A stretch of 64,000 nt of DNA from Marsupella aquatica (lineage: Eukaryota; Plantae; Marchantiophyta). The stretch covers positions 21,613,455-21,677,454 of the forward strand of contig OZ316897.1 of assembly GCA_973895155.1 (NCBI GenBank). The letters run 5' to 3'. This document shows, one piece after another, positions 25,077 through 38,682 of this stretch. Position 1 is the stretch's first letter, and each line of letters opens with the position of its first letter. Both the position numbers and the translations under genes were made by a program. The notes under the pieces are model-generated. The model saw only the letters and a program-made list of their open reading frames with translations. It was not told where the DNA came from and did no database searches.

Positions 25077-28000
25077 AGGATCAACAAGCTTTCGCCTCCT
25101 TGGAGTCTTCAACCCCGAAGCAAGTGCTTTGTGGCTCGTAGAACTCCTGGTCTCTCGACGTTGAGAGGCAGCTGATTTGAGGCAACGGACGAAATAGACT
25201 CAGGGGATGCAAAAGTTGCCATCGACTGATAAGGAGAGGAGAACCACGTAAACGGAATACAAGGAATTGGTACGGTGATTTGCAAAGGAATCCAAAGTCA
25301 CATGTGTTAGGAATCCTAAGCAAGATATTGGGGGAATCCAAATATCTACAGTGTATCTGACATTGACAGGGAATATCAGTATTTAACACCTTCATGCCAA
25401 AGATCCCGCTGGTGCTAACTAACGTTAACAAAGCATCAGTTAACGTTAAGAATGAGTCTAATTACTGCTTAACAACAACTCGTTCGGATGAAATGTACAT
25501 TTGACTCCAACGGTTCGAGTCAATTACTCTATAGTTGACCAACTTGGGTTGGGTGTCCGTTGAAAATAACTTGGGTTGGGTGTCATACAAAATATGCCGA
25601 TGGATGTAGAAAAGGAAGTTTTTATGAAATTTACTCTTCAAAATGAAGTAAACCCTTCCAACGGTAATATAATTTTGTCGTTAGATGACTGATTAGATGA
25701 CTGATTAGATTATTGATAAGGAAAAATAGGCGTAAACCCTAAACTCCATACTTTGTTTAAGACATGTATTTAGATAGTTTTTTGCCAGCAACATTGCTGG
25801 CCAAATTAGTGTTAATGGGGTAGGTTAAAAGTGATGTCTTGTTTTTTAAATGAGCCCTTAATTCTTTCCTAAATTCTAAAATACTTGACAGAAGTCAAAC
25901 AAACTTAACAATGTTTAATGTGTAAACATAACGTTTTGGAAATATATTTGTTTCGATATCCCTCATTTTAATCCCAAACTCAAATAAAAGTCTACCCTAA
26001 ATTTTGGGTGCATTAGGCTAGCAATATCGCTGGCCTGATTCAGGGTTTCTAAAAGGTTTAATTTATGGGACATCTCCAAATCCTCTCCTCTGTTAATGTC
26101 AATTTGTGAGTGAAAATCATATTATAGAATCACTAAAAATAGAGTTGGTTTAATAATAAAGTCCATTTTAAACACAGAAAACTTTCCTTTAGAAATTATG
26201 TCTAGCGAGGTCACTAGCAAAATCCGTTGTTTAACATGAAGCTCCAAGTTCAATAATCCTCCTAATGTACTCCAAGTTCAGTAAACATTTAGGAACAACC
26301 CAAGATATCCTTGTTGTCAACAAAAAACAGTCAATGTTTTAGACGATTACAAGATATAACTTTGGATTATTATGGAGCCCTTTATGATAGCAAATTTAGG
26401 CCAGCGATATTGCTAGCAATAATTCATTTCTTGAAGGTATTAGAGCCGTTGAAGTTTTGTCGTATATGCAACGTTAAAGTGATGTTCCATTTTATTCTAA
26501 ACTTTAATGTCTTCGTATTATTCTATATATTCATCCACTAGAAGAAACCGAGCTATTCTGAGACCTTCCCTTACATGACTTGTGCGAGACCTTCAGAAAT
26601 AAGTGACTCCAAGGTTTAGGGTGTCATGTTCGTCACACCTTGTTGACTGATTTTTGGTGAAGTTTAGGGGAGTCATGTTTTCAACTATTTGGAAAGTTGC
26701 AAGTACAACTCAATTGAGGCAATTACGTTGAAGTTCAACAAGTGACTCTACAATATAGCATTATGGTTTATAGCACAATATTTGAACCTACCAACCTAAA
26801 CCCTGAGCTATGGGATCCGACCCAATACATTGTTAGTGTAGATATACCTATATAATTAGATTACTCTATTTAAACATGGTTAAGTCATGCATTTTAACCA
26901 TTAGTGAGTTTTCCTTGATTATTCCAGGCCAAGAAAATTGCTCATAAGCACCCATTAATTTAGACACCATGCCATCATGCCCCCATTCAACCGCAAAAAG
27001 GCTTCACTATTGGCCGTGGTTACATATGCAAGGGACGTTAATGTGTATTACCGTGGTTACATATGCAAGGGCAGGTTATTTTTACTTATTGCCATGCCCT
27101 ACAAATTGACCAACATGTACCCCCCTCCACACATCGTTCCATGAACCGGGAATAGTCACAATTTACCTTCATATACTCCCCTCCATGCATGTTACATACC
27201 CAATAACGGCACCCCACACACTATGCTGATGGAATGAGCATAAGAACTTGTGACAACTCGTGTGACAGTGCTTACCTTAATCAAGCAAGGATCTGACGGT
27301 TGTAAACTTAATGAAAGGATGATCTGACGGTTGAAAACAAATATGCGCACATTAAAGCAGCTTTAGGCTTTAATGTGTTCCTTCACGGCATTGCCATTCT
27401 GCCTTGGATTCCTTTGGTTTCGCGGACGAGGAGCCAATGCTGCATTCTTTGCAAGGGAAAAGAGGGGGCACTTTGTCACTAAGGCAAAAGCTGCATCGAC
27501 AAATTGCAATCCCGACTGCAAAGTGAGTAGTAGGACGCGAGAAGAGCGAGTTTAGGGTGCTGCATCGACGAAACAGAATGTATTGGAAGGGGACAAGAGC
27601 AATTCTGTGACGCATCGACGATAGGCACTACGGAAGGCACTGTGAAGAGTTTGCACTACGGGAGGCACTCATTCCGACAGAAACTGCCCATCGAATGTGC
27701 TTGCTTGGGCTGAGGTTTAGGCTGCACTAGTAGGAAGAGAATCAGCAAAGCGACGAGGCTTTGGTGTGTCGCCAAGAACAACATTCGGAGCAGAGCAGAG
27801 CAGGGCAGCATTTGCGACATTTGCTGAGTTCTCATTTCGTTGCAGCTGCTATTTGTTGTTGTTGAAGATGGCCGCGGTTTCAGCTACGATTTGCGGTGCT
27901 CCTCTCACTTCAAAGCAGACAGATTCCGGGACCTAGGAAGTGGCCATCGCGAGCGCTCTCACAGAGGTCGAGGACTATCTGGTGCCGTTCCCCCCTTTTT

Positions 28001-30186
28001 TCCATTTCAGCTGGGTTTTCGGTGTTCATATCTCCCGTAGTAGAAGTGGTCATTGAAGAGAAGCTTTTATGAATTACAAAAGTCACTGAGGCATCGGTCA
28101 CTGAGGCATCGGCCTTTGAGTTGCAGTCACTGATGAGCTGTTTGAGTTGCGATGTCTAAAAATGATAGTGGCCCTGACTCCTGCTTATTGACTCCTGCAA
28201 GTTATTTAAGCTGAACTGATCTCAACGATAGAGATCAAGCGTGCTTACTTGAGCTGAACTGTCGTTGAACAGCGACGGGGCGCTGCTAGCAAGAGCTTGG
28301 GTTGCGACTTGCAACCAGGAGCCAAGACAAGTTGCTGCTTTACAACTGGACCGAGAGCTGGTCCTGCAACCTAGGAGGGAGCTACGATCATGCAAAGCTG
28401 AGTCAATGCATGCATGAGGTAATCACGTGTTGCGCCCACATTCTTGCTCCAATCATGTGTCTATTCACTAAAGTCTTCAGAATAAAGTCGGGGCTTATAC
28501 TAGTGCCACATGATTGTAGCGTAACCCCTCTCTCACTCTCACAACATATCACGGCAGAAGTGGGCTTTCACAAAATTTGCAAGAATTGACTATATTAAGT
28601 GGAAGGAAGAGACCCTTTGTCCATGCTGCAGTTGCATCCACATAGACTCTAACTGTGTCAGGATTGGATCCATAATTTGTTTGGCTATCTAGGCTGTGCA
28701 TCCACTGCTCTTTGCTGGATTTGGTGAGGCGGGAGGTTCAGAACGTGCTATGGACAAGGGGCTGAGTGACTTTTGTCCAACTGCGCTGAGCTGACTCGGT
28801 ATGCTAAAGGTTTGATACATCCAGAAGAGGTCAGTATGATCCCTAACCAATGTGAATTGAATATACGGAATGGGATATTTCCTCTAACTTTCAATGTTGC
28901 ATTGTATGACAACCACCATGGGCCATTCTGAAGTATTCAGTGTCTGAGTAATTCCTGGCTTCTAGCTGTGATGTCCGCATGAGCTAGCCCAAGTGAGGTC
29001 CAACTTGGAGCCTTATTAACATTGTTGTTGTGGGGCCGATATAGGAGGTTCCGTCTAGGACTTGCTGTACTGAAGCGAGCTCCTGCTCTGAGGTGCAACG
29101 TGAAGCTGCGCAATTTACATCTAGCTCAGCTCATGTATTGAAGTGAGCTCCTGCTTGGAGGTTCAGAGACAAGGTTTTGTGGAGGTAGGTGACTTCTGTC
29201 CAGCTGCGCTCAACTGAGTGAGTATCCTGAACCTGGAATCCTGAGTGAAGATAGGCCAGCAATGTTGCTAACTTTTTTTTTGCATACTATTATGGTTCCC
29301 AAAGAGGTCTGCTAATGAATGACACATTTGAATTGGCTCAACAAGGAATAGAAGAAGCCATTGCCTTGACATAATAGGTAATAATGGCTCCGATGGAATC
29401 TGTGTTGACAACTTGTGTTTGTTCTAATTGTTTATATCTCAAGAGGGTCGTCAATGAAGCTGACAGTCAGAGAGTCAAAGCTAACTACAAGCTAGCAAAT
29501 AGGTTGAATGCTCCCAAGTTGAGTCAGACAAAAGTTACTAAAACTAGGCCTCTCTCAAATCTGGAAAGTGAAATTCAGCCTGAGACACGCAGCTGAAGGC
29601 CACAAGGATAACTATTTGGCCAGGCTGTCCCTCATTGAAGTCCAAAGTCCTCTTCAGATTGTCTGAACTCCTGTCTGAACTCTTGAACTGGATGAACTCC
29701 TGTCTGAACTCCTGAATTGGATGAAGTCCTGCCTGAATCTGAAGTTCAGATTGTCAATCTCAAATGGCAAGTTCTGAACTCCTGTCTATTGAGCCTAATT
29801 ATTTGTTTATTGTTGTAGTAACATGCATGGCCAATTGGTTTGAATTGAAATGGTGGTTTGAATTTTGTTAAGTGTTTTGAAATTTGCATTCACACTGTCT
29901 AACTAATTTTCTTGTGTGATGCAGATATCTTTGCTATTGACAATCTTGAAAAATCATTTGATCACAGAAGTTTTCAGAACAAACACGGCAGAATTCAGGC
30001 TGAGGATTGGACATTGAGGCTCAAGACATTGAGGTAATAAACTGGTTGTGGTCCGGGTGACAATGTTATCAAATGATGCTTCTTCAGGGGAACTGCCCAT
30101 GTGTAGTTTGTTTTGCCATTTGAAGGGGGTCGTTCACTATATGCAATAGTAATAACTTTGTACATTTGTCTGTTTAATGTTCAGTC

Positions 30187-30867
30187 TTGGTAATGACTAG
30201 GGAGAAGAGGAAAGCCGTAAAAAATGCCACTGAAACAAAAAAGCGGAAACATAATGAGGCAATTGAGCCACATAGCTTGAAGATTGAACGCTGGTCAGAC
30301 ATTGAGAAGCGTCAGTGTAGTCCCCAGCTGTGTGCGATATGTGATTTTCATGGAGATCTGGTCGTGTGTGATGGGTCTTGCCATCATCATTTTCACTATG
30401 TCTGTAGAATTGGTGACACTGTAGGCAGGTGTCCTGCAGTGGTTATTGCACCAGGCAAGGATGGTGAACCCTGGTTTTGTGTAGATTGCAAGAATAAGAT
30501 ACACAAGTGTTTCAAGTGTGGCGTGGTCTCTCCAGCGGTCAGACAGTGCCCTCAGCCATATTGTGTTCGTTTTTATTGTCATGAGTGCTTGCCGCTTGAT
30601 GTGGAGTCTTGCCCCATGCATGCATGTACAGCATGCAAGCAAGATCACAAAGACCCTCATATGGCAAAGGCAATTCAATGCTTGAGATGTCCCACCACCT
30701 GGCATGAGGGTTGCTTAAGAGAGAGTCAACGTCATGGTTTTGCACCAGACAGAGAACCCTGGCTGCACACTGCGCACGGACAGCAGCGGTGGATGATTTA
30801 CTGCCCGAGGCATCCCATTGACCCTGTACTTGGCACACCTACCCATGATCATATCTCCTGGCTTTGA
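30187..30867 (+). CDS. Cys/His-rich PHD-finger cluster protein (NSD/EDM2-like triple PHD), CACTA cargo; probably has upstream exons
   Basis: CAICDFHGDLVVCDGSCHHHFHYVC..WFCVDC..HKCFKC..CPQPYCVRFYCHEC..CPMHACTAC..QCLRCPTTWHEGC..IYCPRH; basic NLS-like KKRKH; cag acceptor just upstream. Confidence 0.8.
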   Translation: MVMTREKRKAVKNATETKKRKHNEAIEPHSLKIERWSDIEKRQCSPQLCAICDFHGDLVVCDGSCHHHFHYVCRIGDTVGRCPAVVIAPGKDGEPWFCVDCKNKIHKCFKCGVVSPAVRQCPQPYCVRFYCHECLPLDVESCPMHACTACKQDHKDPHMAKAIQCLRCPTTWHEGCLRESQRHGFAPDREPWLHTAHGQQRWMIYCPRHPIDPVLGTPTHDHISWL

Positions 30868-31181
30868 TGTGGTGGAGTTTATATTTACCATGCGTTCACT
30901 TTAGGGGTTAGCCAAGTTTTGTCTTAGGCAGGATACCTGCACATTTTAAACTAGTCAAGACTCCAAACTTGCCTATTGTATTATGGTTATTCCCACTGTG
31001 TACACGAATATCATGCATGTTTATGGATGTCATGGTGAATGTGAATGTGGCGATACCCAAGTTTGTTCTGTTGTTGTTGCAATCCTTGTATGAATTGCAT
31101 ATTTAGGCATTCTCATGGATCTGCAGGTGATATCAGGGGTGTCCACTTTTTCCTTCACACTGTCAAAAGGCTGCACTGCAC

Positions 31182-32096
31182 ATGGCTACCTCCAGTAGGA
31201 CACTGAAGAGGCTTGCCTCAGACCTTCCTCCTACACTGTTTGCTGGAGTTAGAGCAATTTTTGTCACTCATACTAGGGGGGAGGACACGAATAGATGGGA
31301 GTTCATGAAAAGACAATTGGTTGAGAATGGAGGGATAGTGTTGAAACAAATCAGTAGAGACACCACACACGTCATCGCTGATGATTGGTGTGATGTGATG
31401 CAGAAGTGGTTTTGGAGCACCATCAACTTTTACAGAGAGTCCTATGGTCTTAAGGTTGTTGATGTCTCTTGGATGTATGACTGTCTAGAATATAGCACCC
31501 TTCACGACCCAACAGAGTATGATATATGGTTGAACAAACGGGCCACCAAAGACATTTTGCAGTTCAAAGCACAATATGATGATGCTTCACAGGGAACTAG
31601 GCAAGAGCTCTTAGAGCATCCTATGCCTGTCATAAACCCCCATGTGCGGGTCATGTTTAGGGGGGTTAAGGTCATGTTTGTGGGTGTTGGGATTCCACCG
31701 GGAAGGTTGAGACGTTTCAAGCACAAAATTCTGCACAGGCAGGGTGAGGTGCATGAACGCCTCATAGATTCTACCACTCATGTGGTCACCCTATCCTATT
31801 CCAGACTTTGTCGTATGGTTGGAAAGACTTTAGTTCGGATGATGGTTAGTAGGGGCCTGCAAGTGGTTTCACCTGCTTGGATGAAAGAGTCACTAGATAG
31901 AGGCATTGTACTTGATGAAGCAGCCTTTGATCTGAATGAGGTGTGGCCTCAAAAGCCTAAGTACAAAAGATGTAAGAGCTGGGATGGAGGTGATGAACCA
32001 TTAGTTAATGATGTACTCAGGGACACAACCACAGAGTGGGAAACCACGAGTGATGAGGACGAATACTCTTCTGACACTGGCGAATACAATGATTAG
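31182..32096 (+). CDS. Tandem BRCT-domain protein with acidic tail, CACTA cargo
   Basis: Two repeats, LFAGV..GG.V...DTTHVI..VVDVSWMYDCL and MFRGV..GEVHERL..TTHVV..VVSPAWMKESL; open 304-aa ORF. Confidence 0.85.
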   Translation: MATSSRTLKRLASDLPPTLFAGVRAIFVTHTRGEDTNRWEFMKRQLVENGGIVLKQISRDTTHVIADDWCDVMQKWFWSTINFYRESYGLKVVDVSWMYDCLEYSTLHDPTEYDIWLNKRATKDILQFKAQYDDASQGTRQELLEHPMPVINPHVRVMFRGVKVMFVGVGIPPGRLRRFKHKILHRQGEVHERLIDSTTHVVTLSYSRLCRMVGKTLVRMMVSRGLQVVSPAWMKESLDRGIVLDEAAFDLNEVWPQKPKYKRCKSWDGGDEPLVNDVLRDTTTEWETTSDEDEYSSDTGEYND

Positions 32097-32140
32097 TTTA
32101 TCTGATGAAGAGCCATGACAGTGTCAGTCATTTAGACAAT

Positions 32141-34121
32141 CACTAGTACATATTTAGCTGATTTCCGATGCTCAATTTTTGCAAACAATCGGCATCCGAT
32201 TCTTTTAGAATCGGAAATTCCCATTATCACAAAATGGCAATATGCCATACTCTCGGCTTCAGATATCTTCATTTTCCGATGTAATTAACAACGGAACCTT
32301 TCCGATGCAGTAAAAAACGGATCATATCCGTTACAAACTACATCGGATCCCCTAACAAAAAATTTGATTGATATGTCCGATGTTTTTTGTAACGGAAATG
32401 ATGTGCGTTTCAATATTGATCGGAAAAGTTCCGTAGTTGATAAGAACGGATATTATATCCGATTGTGGTAAAATGGCAAAGTCCGATGTTGAGAGAATGG
32501 GAAAGTCCGATGCTGAGAGAATGGGAAAGTCCGATGCTGGGAGAATGGGAAAGTCCGATGCTAGTAGAATGGGAAAGTCCGATGCTGGGAGAATGAGAAA
32601 TTTTCATTTTGGCAAAACGACAAATTCCTATTGTGTTAGATGGGGCATGTAGTTGCACCGACATACTCTTCCTAGAAAAGAGGATACAATCATTCTTGCA
32701 TGTTTGAATGACTTCATACTTGAGGCAAATGGACTTAATTGAATGTTGTTCTTGCCTCCTTCCAAGACCCCAAAATATTGTTCCCTTTTGGCAATATTTG
32801 CTCAACATGCAAAATCAAAAATTTATCATCTTAAAGGAGATTGCTTGTCCCATGTAGTCTTTGTTGCAAGTCCAACAACAACATAGTTGATGAAAGATGA
32901 GACAATCGGGAGCTGCCCTTGACACCAAGGCTTTGGAAGGACCAAAATATTAATCTTCCATAACTAATAAACTATAATGATCTCATGTCAAGTCGGATGG
33001 AGGAGGGCTTTACTATTCACGAATGATCCCAAATTTCTATTGATTGCTCCAAGGGAATGTAAGAGGGTAATCGTAATTATAGATCACTCGATGCAAACAT
33101 GCAATATCATGATAGAGCAAAACTAGGATTTATTAGTCTAATGCCACACTTTTGTGGCATAATCACTACATTGCCACTCTTTTTCTTGTATTTATCAGTC
33201 TACCACTTGTTTGAGTCATCGGTTAAGAAAAGTAACTCAAGTTAACTACCTAAGATCCGACGTTTGAGATTTCTTTTGGTCTTCCCATTGGACGGTCGTC
33301 GCTTCCCCCACGGTTACATTTTGAACCCTCAGTATAGTTTGCGGAGGGGTGGGTTGGCTAATCCATTTCTCCTCCCCTCCATTTCTCTGTCACCATAGTT
33401 GAGGCGCACTGGCTGCGTCTTTGCTCCACCCTTGCCACTATCGTTGCGTCCTCATTTCCCCGGCCCGGGCTGTGTTGTCGTTGACCCTAGCTGGCTGCCT
33501 CTAGCTTGGCCAGGGCTGCATTGTTGCATGTTGCCTGTCGGCCTCTCCCGACTCTGCCCAGCTTAGGTCCAAATTATGGGTCTTAATAAATTTAGAAGTG
33601 TATAAAATCCCTAAACACTCCAAGTCAAACAATAAAAGTGTTAAGCTTGCATGTACATTGTGAGGGATAAGAACTAGAAAGTTAAGCTCATGTTGGAGGA
33701 ATAGCAATTGGGATGGGTGACCACTTAGTTGAGGAATGAAGAGTTGAAATGTCAAAGGAGGTGGGCACCTCGCTCGTGGTTGCAAAATGAAAGTAAATAT
33801 ACAAAGGAAGAGATGGGTGACCTGAGCACCCCGCGTCCGCTCCAATGTGTATCCCATTTTCATTGTTTTAAACTTTCCCATTCTCCCAGCATCGGACTTT
33901 CCCATTCTCCCAACATCGGACTTTCCCATTCTCTTAGCATCGGACTTTCTCATTCTTTCAGCATCGGACTTTCCGATATAAGTCCGATTGTCGATATCCG
34001 ATACTTTTATCATGGCATGTTACGATGCCGGCGGAATCGGATGTATGGTTTTTTCATATTTTGTTTTACAAAGACGTCCGATGTGGAGAGAATCAGAAAA
34101 AGGAGGTAAAATGTACTAGTG
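32141..34121. mobile_element. Nested non-autonomous CACTA element (1981 bp)
   Basis: TIR CACTAGTACAT / ATGTACTAGTG; TSD AAT on both sides; 24-bp subterminal tandem arrays in inverted orientation. Confidence 0.95.
32468..32597. repeat. 24-bp tandem array (gaatgggaaagtccgatgctggga) x~5; inverted counterpart at ~33873-33976
   Basis: Directly visible; these are subterminal repeats of the nested CACTA. Confidence 0.9.
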
Positions 34122-34599
34122 AATGAATACTTGTTAGTGGTGAACTTGTTTCCTTAAAATTCCATCTGTAATAAAAACATTCATTGTCCTCTCATCATGT
34201 CATTCCACAATCAAATCATCTCTTTGCTTTGGATGCTGTTCAAATTTTGTTCAAATTTTGTTCTGTGTTGTGTGTCGTGTTGGCTTTTCCTTAACCAGGG
34301 ATGTGGCTTTGTCCTCATGTCTACATACAATGTTGCAAGGCCCCTACGGAGACAGTACGTACTGAACGGGTTGTTTACAGAGTTGGGGAGACAGTACCTA
34401 CTGAACGGGGTGTTTACAGAGTTGGGCAAACGTCCTTTGCTATTTGTATTGTTGACAACTTCAACTCAGGTACATGACCAATTCACATGACAACAATGCA
34501 CTTCTTCTTTTGACCATTAGTAGGCTACTTTGTTACCCTTTTCACCCATTGTTCATCACTACAGAGTTTGCAGTCTATTACAATGCACCCTCGTCACCA

Positions 34600-37500
34600 C
34601 CCTCCCCAGACCCAACGCAATGCACAGCCATTGCCTTTACATCATCCCATAAGAGTTGCACGCCATGACAATAAGCTTTGGCAGCGTGAAACATTAAGAA
34701 ATAGACTTGCAGGAGCCAGTAGGATGAGATGTCCTTGTGCAATCTGCCAAGGGACTCGTAGCAGGGTCCTCAGTGAGGTTTGGCGGCATATTGTGGTGAA
34801 TGGGCGAGATCCACGACATCGAGTTTGGAATGATCCAGCGGAGGAAGATACTTCTGATGAGGAGTGGAGGGCAGATTTTGAGGCTGCCAATGTTGTGCGA
34901 CGGTCGGAGGTGGATCTGCCAGGTGATTTGGACAATGCTGTTGCTGGTCTATGTGGGATCACTGACCACCAATAGGACATTCGTCGGGCAGAGCCACGTG
35001 ACGAAGGCATTCATGTGGAACAGATGGTGCGAGACATCTTTCAGAACTTGGATGCATTTCATGATGGGTTGGACAATGAAGACAACACTGATGCTGATGC
35101 AAGTGTGCCCCCAGTTGACAATCCTCTAGATGAGTTTGAGATAGGGCAAGAAACCCCTGGGCATGATTGGATGTTTGGCTCTCCTGTGCAAATTCAGGAA
35201 TGCAGGCACCCCCTTTATCCCGGTAGCAAGTGTTCCAAACTAGCATTTGTCATCATTTTCCTGAACATTTGCGGCAACCACAATGTCCCTAACATTTTTG
35301 TTTCTGAGTTGTTGGCCTTCCTACGATTGACTGTGCTACCGCCTGATAATCTTTTGCCAAAAAGCATGTATGAGGCTAAAAGATGCATATCTAATCTTGG
35401 ATTGAACTATGATTCCATCCATGCTTGTCCTGATGGGCATATTCTCTTCAGAAATCAGTATAAGGATCTCTTGAGATGCACTGTGTGTGGGAAGCACAGG
35501 TATCGAAACGTAGGGAAGTCTTTAGTTCCAGCAACGGTACTTTGTCATTTTCCACTCATTCCTAGGCTTCAACGGATGTTTAGAAGCCCTGCTATCTCAA
35601 AGATGATGACTTGGGCAGCTTAAAAAAAAATCTCGGATGGGTTGCAACGACATGCTGCCGATTCAAGACAGTGGAAACTCATAGATGAGATGTTTCCAGA
35701 ATTTGCAACAGAGCCAAGGAATGTGAGGCTTGGGTTGTCATTGGATGGGGTAAACCCATTTGGAGACAAGAACAATAAGTTCTCATGCTGGCCTGTAACT
35801 ATTTTGAATTACAACCTTCCTCCTTGGATGACTACAAAGAGATTTTTTGTTCTCCTAGTTCTGTTGCTACCAGGGCCAGACTCTACTGTGTCTGCCAACA
35901 TAGACATGTACCTGGCTCCCCTTGTGGACGAATTGAAGAAGCTATGGGATGAAGGAGTTCTCACATATGATGTGCTGCAGAGGCTTGGGAGGCTGAACCC
36001 TTTCATACTTAGAGCAATCATCATTTTGACTATAGCTGACTACCCAGCCCATGGTATGATATCAGGACAAGTAACAAAAGGGTATCGGGGATGTACTATT
36101 TGTGGGCCCAATGTCACCAGTGAGCACTCTAGAGCTTTGGGGAAAGTGATATACATGGGCCATCATCGTTTTTTGAGGCCAAATCACCCTTACAGACGAA
36201 CGCGGGCACTCATTGCACACTTTGACCACACCATTGAGGATCGCGGACCCCCAGAACGGGTGACCAAAGAAGAGATCAAGCAGTGGGGAGCACTCAGGGA
36301 TGACTACATCAAACGAGGAGGCAGGCCAGATGCAGTGGATGATCCAGGAAAACGATATGGTGTGAAAAGACAGAGCATATTGGACTTGGAACTGGAGTAT
36401 TGGAGGGTAAGCCTCTGAGGCTCTCTGCTCCTTGAAAATGATTGCTGCTTTGGAATGCTTCATATGATGTGCATGAATTTTGACTAGACTCAACTAAATG
36501 CATTTGCATACTCACTTTATATATATTGCAATTGTGCAGAAGTTTGAGCCAAGCAAACATAACATTGATGTGATGCACATTGAGAAGAATGTTTGCGAGA
36601 GTCTTCTGCAATTTTTGTGTGGAGAGAAAGACACTGGTGCTGTAAGATTGGATCTTGAACGGAGGGGTATCAAACCCCATCTGTGGTTGAGGCCACATGC
36701 TACCAAAGCTGATGTATTGTTAAAGTACCAAGCGCCTTATGTTCTGACAGATGATGAGTGGAACCTATTTGTCCAAAGGTTGGGTTCTTTGAAAGTTCCT
36801 TCAAACTATGGGAGTGCTTTCAAGAAGCACATTATGAGTAGGAAGCTTGGCAGTATGAAAAGCCATGATTATCACCTATTGATGCAACAGGTGTTGCCTT
36901 TATGCTTGAGGGGTCTTTTGCAAAAGCCTGTTCGTAATGTCATCATGCGATTGAGTGATGTGTTTCGCCGTATTTGTGTGAAGGTTTGGGATGAAGCCCA
37001 GTTCCCACAGCTCACAGAGGATGTTGCTCAGGTGCTGTGTGACTTGGAGATTTATTTCCCCCCAACTTTTTTTGATGTTATGACTCACCTACTTGTCCAT
37101 GTTGTGGAAGAGCTACACCAGTTTGGGCCTATTAGTGCTCGTTGGCTGTACCCTTTGGAGCGGTACATGAAGTTACTGAAAGGTCACGTTATAACATATT
37201 ACAAGCCAGAAGCAAGCATGGCTAAAGGTTACATCAAGGATGAAACCCTAGGATTTCTGACCGAATACATAGCACAGTATGAGCATGTGAATACCAGGGT
37301 CTGGAATTCTGATGAGGAGAAAGGGGTCATAGGGGAAGTATTGGAAGGGGCTGCAACAACAAAGAATTTGACAACAGCTATGAGAGACTTGGCACATGTC
37401 TTTGTATTGCACAACACTGTGCTCATGGAACCTTGGATACAGTGAGTACCATCATGTCCTACTAACAACCTCCTTCATAACATATCATTGTCTGCATGTG

Positions 37501-38324
37501 ATTAACTCCCAACATTTCAATGGATTGCCAAGCTAATGTTGTGAGATTGTTTCTTCAGGGAGTACGAGTCATTGAAGGCTGCCCATCCCACTGTTGGTCC
37601 AGCCTTTCCAAGTTTGGCAGAGTGGATCCGGCTAGCGATTAGGGAGCATCATACAACCCATCCAGACATGGATGCAGACCTTTACCTCCTATCCAATGCC
37701 CCTAGTCTGAGAGTGAAGAGTTACAAACGGATGAGAGCATATGGGAATCACTTTCGAGTGAAGGATGATGAGAGTGCGTACAGGGTGACAAATGACTGCG
37801 GGCTCATTACTGTATTTCAACAGCAGAGCCATGACCATGATAGGGCCTGGATGGAGATGGGATATGTGGGTGAACTAATTGACATATGGGCTCTAGATTA
37901 TGGGGCCATGTCCAGCCCTGTCATTGTTATGAAAGGTTCATGGGTTCGACAGGATTGGGACAGTAATAGGGCTACCATGAAGAGAGACAATGATGGATTC
38001 TTGCTTGCCAATTTTAGAGGGAAATTGCCTGAATGGTCTGAGCCATTTGTCTTTCCCAGTCAGGTGGAGCAAGCTTTCTTCCTGGATGTGGAAGACTCCC
38101 CAGGTTGGCGTGTAGTCTGTCATAAACAGGCTAGGCAACGTCGGATGGAAGGATCTAAACTTGAGTTCCATTTACATTCTCATAGTGCCTTTGATCGTCG
38201 ACGTGCACACCAAGTGTCTGTTCTTCATTATAGCAGGGAGTTCATTCCTGTGACAAGGGTAGAGGCATTTGCTGAAGGGGATCAACTTAATGATCCAGAT
38301 GCCGATAGTGAACCTGTGCCTTGA
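34600..38324 (+). pseudogene. CACTA TnpD/Tnp2 transposase (transposase-associated N-terminus, Transposase_21, DUF4218-like, DUF4216-like), mildly disrupted
   Basis: RMRCPCAIC; YDSIHACPDG; RLGLSLDGVNPF; IADYPAHG; IDVMHIEKN; MKSHDYH; WLYPLERYM; EPFVFPSQVEQAFF; in-frame TAA at 35621-35623, frameshift near 34970; introns ~36407-36539 and ~37443-37558. Confidence 0.92.
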
Positions 38325-38682
38325 GTAACCTGCATTGTTTGCATGGACACAAATAGATTTTGTAATAAATTAATTGTCAAGGAGCAGATGCATGGTCAAG
38401 TAATTGGATTGTGTTTCAGGGTGACCATAGATGACATGTGCTTGTGATCCAATAGGATGGAACAGAGTGACACACATATGTGTGAGTATGAAAGGCAAGC
38501 CATGGAACGTCGAGCATACGTGAATGCCAGAATAGTCGAACTGGAAGCCTCCTTGAAAATGGATGTGGCTGAATTGTAAGGGAACAATTTTCTGCCAAAA
38601 CTTGATGTTAAGTTGGGTGTGACCTGAACATTTGATTGTGGCACTAAAATTGTGATTTGATTCTTGTATTGGTGTATTGCAG

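Noticed and set aside
32468-32597. Regular 24-bp repeats that might be read as a CRISPR array or a repeat protein (ORFs 32437-32652 and 33501-34013)
   Set aside because: The repeats are head-to-tail with no unique spacers and are mirrored at the other end of a CACTA element, so they are subterminal repeats and the ORFs are incidental.
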